A stretch of 64,000 bases of DNA from Chloroflexota bacterium. GTDB taxonomy: Bacteria; Chloroflexota; UBA11872; UBA12225. Location of the stretch: the NCBI GenBank assembly GCA_947446285.1, contig CANFGH010000001.1:4730-68729 (forward strand). Direction: 5' to 3'. The translations under genes and the position numbers were made by a program. Shown one piece after another: positions 56,673-64,000 of the stretch. The number at the start of each line of letters is the position of its first letter. The first letter of the stretch is position 1. The notes under the pieces are model-generated. The model saw nothing but the letters and a program-made list of their open reading frames with translations. It had not been told where the DNA came from and made no database searches.

Positions 56673-57924
56673 CCTTGTCCTCGTTCAACGGATCCTCGGG
56701 GGGCATCGCGCCGGGCACGCCCTGGACAGCGGCTGCGTCCAGTGTCGAACGCACCGACTGCCAGGACGCCAGACGCTTCACCCGCTGTTCCTGGGCGACC
56801 GTCTCGTCGGCTGGACGATACGTTGCGAGGAATTCACGCGACCAATCACCGTACCGCCCGGCGAGGATCGCTGCACGCATCCGGGTCCCGAGGCGTGCCA
56901 TATACCGCAGGTTGTGGATGGTGGCAAGCCGGTAGCCTAGCAGTTCCTCAGCCTTGAAAAGGTGGTGCAGGTACGCCGTGCTGAAGTGCTGGCAGGTGTA
57001 GCAGTCGCACCCATCCTCGAGAGGGGTGTCGGAATCCTTGAGGCCACCACGTGTCAGGGTGACCCGGCCGACGTCGGTCAGGATGGTGCCGTTGCGGGCA
57101 ATCCGTGTGGGCAGGACGCAGTCGAACAGGTCGACTCCTCCGGCAACGCCGTTGACCAGGTCCTCGGGTGACCCGACCCCCATCAAGTAACGGGGCCGGT
57201 CGGCAGGAAGGCGTGGCGCCACGAGTGCGGTGATCCGGTGGGCATCTGCCTTGGTCTCGCCGACACTCACGCCACCGATGGCGTAGCCAGGTGCGTCGTA
57301 CTTGCGGATGGTCTCGGCACTCTCGATGCGCAGGTCGTCGTAGATCCCTCCCTGCACGATCGGGAAGAGGGCCTGGTCGGGCCTGGTGTGCGCATCCAGG
57401 CACCGTTCAAGCCACCGGTGCGTGCGTTCCATCGCCGCTCTGGTCGCCTCGTAGGTGGCAGGCAACTCGACGCAGTGATCGAATGCCATCGCGATGTCGG
57501 ATCCTAGCGCTTCCTGCACGCGGGTCGCGATTTCCGGTGTCAGGCGTCGGGTGCTCCCGTCGATGTGCGACCGGAAGGTCACGCCATCCTCGGTTATCTG
57601 GCGGAGATGGGCAAGCGAGAAGACCTGGAAGCCGCCCGAGTCGGTCAGGATTGGTCCATTCCATTGCATGAACCGGTGCAGGCCACCGAGGCGGGCGATG
57701 CGTTCGTGGCCGGGGCGGAGGAAGAGGTGGTAGGTGTTTGAGAGGATGATCTGGGCGCCGAGCGCCGTCAGGTCGTCCGGGGTCAGGGATTTCACGGTGG
57801 CCTGCGTCCCGACCGGCATGAAGGTCGGGGTCAGGATGGTGCCATGGGGTGTCTCGAACCGCCCGGCACGTGCACCCGTGTCGGGGTCCGTTGCTTCCAC
57901 GGTGAACCGGAATGAGGCAGTCAT
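56650..57924 (-). CDS. tgt: Queuine tRNA-ribosyltransferase
   Basis: TPTFMPVGT, ILTDSGGFQVFSL, IVQGG, GYAIGG, PRYLMGVG, FDCVLPTR, Zn motif CDCYTC...HN. Confidence 0.97.
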   Translation of the reverse strand: MTASFRFTVEATDPDTGARAGRFETPHGTILTPTFMPVGTQATVKSLTPDDLTALGAQIILSNTYHLFLRPGHERIARLGGLHRFMQWNGPILTDSGGFQVFSLAHLRQITEDGVTFRSHIDGSTRRLTPEIATRVQEALGSDIAMAFDHCVELPATYEATRAAMERTHRWLERCLDAHTRPDQALFPIVQGGIYDDLRIESAETIRKYDAPGYAIGGVSVGETKADAHRITALVAPRLPADRPRYLMGVGSPEDLVNGVAGGVDLFDCVLPTRIARNGTILTDVGRVTLTRGGLKDSDTPLEDGCDCYTCQHFSTAYLHHLFKAEELLGYRLATIHNLRYMARLGTRMRAAILAGRYGDWSREFLATYRPADETVAQEQRVKRLASWQSVRSTLDAAAVQGVPGAMPPEDPLNEDKDDDGWDN

Positions 57925-58099
57925 CGGCGGTGGAGGGTCTCCTGGGTGGCAGAACGGGATGGACGGGTCGATGTCGCGCCGTACACGTGACCACCCGGTC
58001 ACCGTTCATATCGGAGTAGGATACGCCAGTGACGGGCAGGCGACCTGCCGGATCTCCGGGAACCAGGTTGCGACGGGACAGGTCGCCTAGAATTCGGGC

Positions 58100-59257
58100 G
58101 TGCCCCGCTTCGATGATGCAACCGTCGCCACTGGACCTGATAGCGGATCAGATCAGTCTGGGAACGGGCCGACCGGGCGGGAAACCGCCAGTCGGCGCCG
58201 TGCCGGGGAAACTGTTGTCGAGACGTCCCAAGGGGTGTCCGGTCTCCGCCTCGGGGTCGTGACCGACGTGCATCGAGTGATTCTTGGGTGGTACCGGCGC
58301 CAGGGCCGGGACCTCCCTTGGCGCCACACGCGTGATCCGTACGCGATTCTCGTGGCCGAAACCATGTTGCAGCAGACGCAGGTCGACCGGGTACGCCCGA
58401 AGTGGCACGCCTTCCTTGCCTTGTTTCCCACGCTTGCAGACCTCGCCGTGGCTCCGCGTGCCGAGGTGATACGCGCGTGGGACGGTCTCGGGTACAACCG
58501 GCGCGCGGTAGCCCTGCACGAGATCGCCCGGACGGTTACCGAGCGTGGCGATGCCACCCTGCCTTCAACCATCGAGGGCCTCCGCGCCCTCAAGGGGATC
58601 GGCCCGTACACCGCCGGGGCAATCGCCTGCTTCGCCTTCGGGCTGCCCGAACCGATTCTGGACACGAATGTACGACGTGTTCTTGACCGAATCTTTCAAG
58701 TTCCCATCCCACCTGGAGTGAACGCCGACCGCCACGGGTGGGCAACCGCCCGTGATGTCCTTCCGGTGGCGGCGGACGTTTACGACTGGAACCAGGCCCT
58801 GATGGACCTGGGCGCCACCGTTTGCGTGGCGCGTGCGCCACGGTGTGGGCAGTGTCCGGTTGCGACGCAATGTGTTGCGTTCATGTCCCAACCTCCAGTC
58901 CCGATGCTTCCGGGGTTCGGGGATGATCGTGTGTCCCCTTCCATCCCGGAAACAGGCAAGGCACCGGTGGCACTGGTTGCCGAAACCCGCGAGGCGTATC
59001 GACCGGCCCCGGTGAGACGTTCCCCCGAACGCTTCGAAGGGTCGCGCCGGTGGTTCCGGGGTCGCGCGGTGGCGGCGTTACGCGCGTTGCCCACGGGCGC
59101 GTCACTCGCCGTGGATGCCCTCGGGCCGCTCGTTGACCCGGCGTACGACTCGTCATCACGGCGCGCGTGGTTGCTTGATTTGCTGGGTGACCTGACGCGT
59201 GACGGCTTGGTCGTGGTGGAGGGAGACGGTGAGGCGTCGGTGGCTCGGTTGGCCTGA
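58100..59257 (+). CDS. mutY: A/G-specific adenine glycosylase
   Basis: RDLPWR, ETMLQQTQV, WDGLGYNRRA, HhH LKGIGPYTA, LDTNVRRV, [4Fe-4S] C-x6-C-x2-C-x5-C. -10 TAGAAT lies 6 nt before the GTG. Confidence 0.92.
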   Translation: MPRFDDATVATGPDSGSDQSGNGPTGRETASRRRAGETVVETSQGVSGLRLGVVTDVHRVILGWYRRQGRDLPWRHTRDPYAILVAETMLQQTQVDRVRPKWHAFLALFPTLADLAVAPRAEVIRAWDGLGYNRRAVALHEIARTVTERGDATLPSTIEGLRALKGIGPYTAGAIACFAFGLPEPILDTNVRRVLDRIFQVPIPPGVNADRHGWATARDVLPVAADVYDWNQALMDLGATVCVARAPRCGQCPVATQCVAFMSQPPVPMLPGFGDDRVSPSIPETGKAPVALVAETREAYRPAPVRRSPERFEGSRRWFRGRAVAALRALPTGASLAVDALGPLVDPAYDSSSRRAWLLDLLGDLTRDGLVVVEGDGEASVARLA

Positions 59258-59323
59258 GTGGTTTCCGCTTCGGGTGGGAACGTGGTCTGGCGTGTTTTCG
59301 GAAATGGGTGGCGCCTACGGTCC

Positions 59324-62300
59324 TCACCTGAAATCGTGACTGCGTACGCCAACGAGGTCACCCGTGTGAGACCGGGTCGTGCCGGTCGGGGTTTCGGGAC
59401 GCAACGGCCATGCCTTGCGCACCAGGATGTGGACTGTGCCGTCGTTGAGTTGCAGGGGGCCTTCCAGGACAAGCAATCCCTCCCCTCGCAACACCCGCCG
59501 CAGGCGTTCGTATACGGGTGGTTGCACGATGGCGTTGAACAGGCCGGTCTCGTCCTCAACTGTCAGGAAGAGGACCCCGCCCGCCGTCTCCGGGCGCTGC
59601 CGGCAGATTACCAGCCCGCCCGCCCGCACCAGTCGTCCGTGACGCTGCTTCCCGAGCGAGTCGGCGGTGAATGCCCGTTGCGCCACGAGGGATGGGCGCA
59701 GGTACGCGATGGCATGCCGGCCGGGGGCGTAGCCGAGGGTGCGGTATTCGGCCTGGACTTCCTCCCAGTCGGTCATCGGCGCAAGGGCTGGACGGGTGAC
59801 CAGTTGGTCGGCCAGTCCGGGCAGGTGCCCTTGCCCGAACCCGGCGAGTTCACCTGTCAGCCATGCCGTGGCACGCCGGTCGGTACTTGATCCGGTGGTG
59901 GTGTCGCCGGTCGGCAGGCCGATGAGTGCGCCCACTTCGGCAAGGCATTCCAGGCGTTCACGGTCGAACCGGGTCCGTGCCACAAGGTCCGCAATCGAGG
60001 TGAACGGTCCGGTGGCACGGGCTTCCTCGAAGGCTTCGCGGGCCGCTGGGCCCAGGCCGTGCACCTCCTGCATGCCCAGCCGGATCGCGATCTGATGCAT
60101 TGCGCCGGATGGCTCCCCGTTGGCATCCGATCCGGGGAGGATCGGTTCCAGGGTCGATGGCCAGGCACTGTGGTTCACGTGTACCGGCAACACGCGCACG
60201 CCGTGGCGGTGGGCGTCCCACAACAGGGTGTGCGGCGCGTAAAAGCCCATCGGTTGGCAGTTCAAAAGGGCCGCGTAGTAGGCCTCCGGGTAGCGCAGGC
60301 GAAGCGTCGCCGAGATCAGTGCGAGGTGCGCGAAGGGGTATGCGTGTGCCCGCGGGAACCCGTATCCGGCGAATCCCACCACCATTGCCTGGATCGATTC
60401 GGCCGTCTCGTTGTCGTAGCCCCGGTCGATCATCCGGGTGACCATCTCCTCGCACACCGCTTCCATCTGTTCGGTGGATCGCTTGTGGCTCATTGCGCGG
60501 CGCAACTGGTCGGCCTCGCCCGGCGTGTATCCGGCGGCAATCACCGCCACCTGGATGCACTGTTCCTGCCAGAGAAGCACGCCATACGTCTCGCGCAGGG
60601 CGGGAATCAGTTCGCGCGCCGGATAGGTGACCGGTTCGCGTCCCCACCGGCGACGCACGATGTGTTCCCCTGCCCGGGCCGCCCCCGGTCCCGGACGGAT
60701 CGCGCCGACCGAGATGGCGACGTCGGCGAGGTTCCGCGGTCGCCACCGGGGAAGGAAGGATTGCTGTGCCCGTGATTCCACCTGGAAGAGCCCAACCGTG
60801 TCTGCCTCGCACAACTGGTCGTAGACCCGCGGGTCATAGCGGAATCCGTGCAGTTCCAGGCGTTCGCCCGTCAGTGATGCCACGTGGTCGAAGCACCGCC
60901 CGATCGCCGAAAGCATCCCCAGTGACAGGAGGTCCATCTTGATCAGGTGGACGTCGAATACCTCGGCCAGGATGGTCAGGTCGTCCTTGTCCCACGGCAG
61001 GACGGTCCGTCCGGTCATCCGCGCGGGCACGATCGGGGTGACCATTCCCAGCGGTTCGGCCGAGATCACCATGCCTCCGACATGGATCGAATGGTGGCGG
61101 GGACTGTCGACCAGTTGGCGCGAGAGGTCCACCAGGATCTCCGCCAGGCGTCCGTGCACATCCTCGCGGGCCAGTCGCCCGAGGGGATCATCGTCGTGCC
61201 GGTCGAGGGCGTCGGCCAGTCGTTGCGCGCGCGTGGCCGACAACCCAAGCACTTTCGCGACGTCGCGTACCGCACTGCGGGCCCGGTAGGTGTTCACCTC
61301 GCACACCATCGCCGCGTACTCGCGGCCGTACTTGGTGTAGATGTGCTGGATCACCTCCTCGCGACGTTCGTGCGGGAAGTCGAGGTCGATATCCGGGTAT
61401 TCCCGGCGTTCGGGCGAACAGAACCGCTCGAACAGGAGATTGTGTTCCAGGGGATCGATTGGGCAGAGGCCCATGCAGTAGAGCATTGCGGAGGCCGGTG
61501 CCGATCCCCGCATGCTGACCAGGATGCCCTGCGACTGGCTCCAGTCGACGATCTCCTTGAAGACAAGGAGGTAGCCCGACAGGCCGAGTTGGTCGGCAAT
61601 CTCCAGTTCGTGGCGCAGGCGGGCATCAACCTCCGCCGTGGCATCGGGATAGAAGACGGTCTTGCCGGCCTCCACCAGACGGGTCAGGAAACTGAGGGCC
61701 GATTCCCCGTTGGGCAGTCGGGGTTTCGGGAACTCGTAGACGAGGTCGTGCAGGGTGAAACGGCACCGTTCGGCGATGGCCAGGGTGGTGCGGACCGGGT
61801 CGCGACGCGGATCGGACCCGGCCCGGGTGCATTCGTCGCGGAAGAGGCGTGCCATCTCTGTCCCGGACTTGAGGCGGTACTCGTCGTTTGCCCGCAGATG
61901 CGCCCCCGCATCGGCGAGGGTCGTGCCATGACGGATGCAGGTGACGACGTGGTGCAGTTGCGCGCGTGATGCGTCGTGGTAGTGGGCATTCTGGGTGGCG
62001 ACACATCCCAGACCCAGACGGGTGGCTACCTCCTGCAGTCCGGCATTGCGGGCACCGTCGCCCGGCAGGCCATGCCGGTGGAGTTCGATGAAATAGTTGT
62101 CCTTCCCGAAAGCTTCCCGGTACCGGGATGCCACCATCATGCCGGCGTCCGGGCCATGCCGTGCGAGTGCCCGGCCGAGTTCACCATGCGGACACCCCGA
62201 GAGGGCAATCAATCCCGTGGCATGCCGGGCCAGGGTTTCGAATGGCACCCGTGGCGTATCCCGCCCGCCGCATTGGTAGGCCTCGGTCAGTAACGTGCAG

Positions 62301-62668
62301 AGGTTCCGGTAGCCGGTCAGGGTCTCGGCTAGCAGTATCAGGTGCGAGGATCCCTGATCGGCATCCCCCGCGAGTGCCGTACTCCGACCCCACCCCGTCG
62401 CCGAAATCGCCCCCACCCCCTGCCCCACCCCCGGTTGGGTTGGGGAGTCCGGATCATTTCCGATGGTGAGTTCGATACCCGTGATTCCCTGCAGTCCGGC
62501 GGTCTCGGCCGCGGCACCGAACCGCACGATGCCCGACAAGGTGTCGTGATCGGTGATTGCCAAGGCACGCAATCCCAGGCGGGATGCCTCCTCGACCATT
62601 GCTTCCGGACTGCTGGACCCGTCAAGCAATGAGAAATTCGTGTGTGCGTGAAGTTCGGCGTACGTCAT
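59324..62668 (-). CDS. dnaE2: Error-prone DNA polymerase III alpha subunit DnaE2
   Basis: PHP YAELHAHTNFSLLDG, RGSA, PDIDLDF, KMDLLSLG, YGFPRAHA, QPMGFY, C-terminal OB fold RQRPETAGGVLFLTVEDETG; downstream of imuB. Confidence 0.93.
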   Translation of the reverse strand: MTYAELHAHTNFSLLDGSSSPEAMVEEASRLGLRALAITDHDTLSGIVRFGAAAETAGLQGITGIELTIGNDPDSPTQPGVGQGVGAISATGWGRSTALAGDADQGSSHLILLAETLTGYRNLCTLLTEAYQCGGRDTPRVPFETLARHATGLIALSGCPHGELGRALARHGPDAGMMVASRYREAFGKDNYFIELHRHGLPGDGARNAGLQEVATRLGLGCVATQNAHYHDASRAQLHHVVTCIRHGTTLADAGAHLRANDEYRLKSGTEMARLFRDECTRAGSDPRRDPVRTTLAIAERCRFTLHDLVYEFPKPRLPNGESALSFLTRLVEAGKTVFYPDATAEVDARLRHELEIADQLGLSGYLLVFKEIVDWSQSQGILVSMRGSAPASAMLYCMGLCPIDPLEHNLLFERFCSPERREYPDIDLDFPHERREEVIQHIYTKYGREYAAMVCEVNTYRARSAVRDVAKVLGLSATRAQRLADALDRHDDDPLGRLAREDVHGRLAEILVDLSRQLVDSPRHHSIHVGGMVISAEPLGMVTPIVPARMTGRTVLPWDKDDLTILAEVFDVHLIKMDLLSLGMLSAIGRCFDHVASLTGERLELHGFRYDPRVYDQLCEADTVGLFQVESRAQQSFLPRWRPRNLADVAISVGAIRPGPGAARAGEHIVRRRWGREPVTYPARELIPALRETYGVLLWQEQCIQVAVIAAGYTPGEADQLRRAMSHKRSTEQMEAVCEEMVTRMIDRGYDNETAESIQAMVVGFAGYGFPRAHAYPFAHLALISATLRLRYPEAYYAALLNCQPMGFYAPHTLLWDAHRHGVRVLPVHVNHSAWPSTLEPILPGSDANGEPSGAMHQIAIRLGMQEVHGLGPAAREAFEEARATGPFTSIADLVARTRFDRERLECLAEVGALIGLPTGDTTTGSSTDRRATAWLTGELAGFGQGHLPGLADQLVTRPALAPMTDWEEVQAEYRTLGYAPGRHAIAYLRPSLVAQRAFTADSLGKQRHGRLVRAGGLVICRQRPETAGGVLFLTVEDETGLFNAIVQPPVYERLRRVLRGEGLLVLEGPLQLNDGTVHILVRKAWPLRPETPTGTTRSHTGDLVGVRSHDFR

Positions 62669-62769
62669 GGTGCCTTCACGCGCGAAGCGCGCATTCATCT
62701 GATGTGGCTGGGATGGCCAAGCGAAGGATCTTCCAATGAGGGGCGATGGGGTGGGGTTTCAAATGCCAT

Positions 62770-64000
62770 TCAGTCATAGATGCCTTGCAGGAACCAGGTG
62801 GTGGCGGATGCCTGTGTCTCCGGTGGGTGTGAGTGGTCGGGAAGGACGCGGTAGACCAGATAGACCCGCCGGTCGTCGGTCTCCACCTGGAAGTAGTCGC
62901 GTCGAGGTGGATCGGATTCCACAAGCACCGTCGGATCGACAACTGGCCACGGACCGCCTGTCCGGATCACACGGGGAGAGGCAGGTGTCCCGGGTGCCGA
63001 TGGGAAGAGGCCGGTTTCCAGGCGTGTCGTTCCGGATTGCCGGCCTTGGATCCTGCCGGGTGGGAACGGTGTGGGCATGGGGTTCTCCCGGTACACCCCG
63101 ACGGGTCGGGGTGGGTCGACCAACCAGTACGGTGCCCCCATGCCGGGCAGGGAGGTGCCTCCGTGGTCTCTCTGTGCCGTGGTTGACCCATCCCCCCATC
63201 GCCCCGTTGTTTCAAGTTGCTTCGTTCCGCTTCGTGTTGACGCCGAACGGGCGGTGATTGGTGCGATTCCTGCCTGCACCCCGATCTTCGGTTGTGCCCA
63301 CCGATCGGCGTGTTCGGGCAGGCGGGCCGCTTCCGGCATGGGGGTGAGTTCCCCGACGGCATCGTCACCCCACCGGGCCTGCAACCGCGCCACCACCTGC
63401 CGGGCTGACCGGGCCTGTTGCACCGGATCGCGCCGGGTGCGAATCCATCCCGGTTGGGCACCGGCGGTCAGGTGCAGGGTCAACTGGTTCGTCGGTGGCG
63501 TGCCGATGCCGGCGGCCTCGACGGTGATTCCCACGACACCTCGCCGCACCCCGGTCGATTCGTAGGTGACGGCTTCCATGCCACTGGTCGGTGTCCCGGG
63601 CGAAGCGCATGAATCAAGGGTGTGCGTGGGTGTCACGGGATCGGCGAGGAGGCGGTCCAGACCTTCGACATGCCATCGCAGGTGGTCGGCAAGGGTTCGT
63701 TCGGTCGCGACCGGTTCGGCGAGGCGAAGGAGTGCTTCGACGTCATCCGCGGTCTCCTGTCCGCGCTTCGGTGCGAGGTGCCAGGTGACACGCAGTGCCT
63801 CGACGGCAAAGGGGGCCGGGACTTCGGGCAATGCCTGTCGCCGCCGGTTGGTGCTTGCCACTGCCCACCTTCTCCCCGTGCCCCTCCCCTGCGGTGGCGG
63901 GAGAGGGGTGGCCTCGTCGTCACCCGAATCCGCATCGGCGAACTCCTCGTCAGGCAACGGGTCCGGCGCGCATGGATCGAATGCGGGATCACCCTCCCCA
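62770..64000 (-). CDS. imuB: ImuB-like Y-family polymerase accessory protein, C-terminal part (truncated by the window edge)
   Basis: QLTL motif, LQARWGDDAV, RLPE, C-terminal GPW...RRDYFQVE...WFLQGIYD. The frame stays open to the window edge and precedes dnaE2. Confidence 0.8.
   Translation of the reverse strand, partial: GEGDPAFDPCAPDPLPDEEFADADSGDDEATPLPPPQGRGTGRRWAVASTNRRRQALPEVPAPFAVEALRVTWHLAPKRGQETADDVEALLRLAEPVATERTLADHLRWHVEGLDRLLADPVTPTHTLDSCASPGTPTSGMEAVTYESTGVRRGVVGITVEAAGIGTPPTNQLTLHLTAGAQPGWIRTRRDPVQQARSARQVVARLQARWGDDAVGELTPMPEAARLPEHADRWAQPKIGVQAGIAPITARSASTRSGTKQLETTGRWGDGSTTAQRDHGGTSLPGMGAPYWLVDPPRPVGVYRENPMPTPFPPGRIQGRQSGTTRLETGLFPSAPGTPASPRVIRTGGPWPVVDPTVLVESDPPRRDYFQVETDDRRVYLVYRVLPDHSHPPETQASATTWFLQGIYD

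Noticed and set aside
195-63992. Hundreds of long overlapping or antisense ORFs in the six-frame track (e.g. 3022-4071+, 4649-6076-, 11625-13064-, 34428-35387-, 41941-43836-, 53526-54941+)
   Set aside because: Expected shadow ORFs in GC-rich DNA: Arg/Pro/Ala-rich, no family motifs, and lying opposite well-supported genes.
1-64000. tRNA, rRNA, CRISPR array, IS/transposase, integrase or prophage
   Set aside because: No T-loop/anticodon cloverleaf, regularly spaced repeats, terminal inverted repeats or recombinase motifs were seen by eye.

Overview
A GC-rich bacterial chromosomal window, roughly two-thirds GC by eye. It is probably from Chloroflexota, inferred from the gene set and Gram-positive-type SOS boxes; no phylogeny was run. 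No tRNA, rRNA, CRISPR array, transposase or phage gene was recognised. Gene order from left to right: herA, crp-like regulator, parBA, DUF1992, GNAT, two paralogous tandem-repeat (2x6TM) voltage-gated K+ channel genes separated by a cyclophilin, USP-ParB/Srx fusion, Ser/Thr dehydratase, hemolysin-III, orphan sugar-binding lipoprotein, orphan CcrM-like DNA methyltransferase, and a TetR-controlled membrane protein with two PmoC/AmoC-like metal-site motifs. Next comes an ~11 kb coupled run (mre11/sbcD, hook-less rad50/sbcC, TIM barrel, methyltransferase, GT-C glycosyltransferase, ubiA, ubiX), an aldehyde dehydrogenase remnant, and a sugar/glycoside catabolic locus with an oligosaccharide-type ABC importer and GH3. 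The window ends with prsA-like foldase, rpsF-ssb-rpsR, tgt-pucR-glnA, mutY, dnaE2 and a truncated imuB. The best candidates for undescribed biology are: (1) the paired two-repeat K+ channels; (2) the duplicated PmoC-like motif protein; (3) a split HerA + Mre11/Rad50 module whose parts both carry LexA-type boxes. All functional calls come from motif reading, not database searches.
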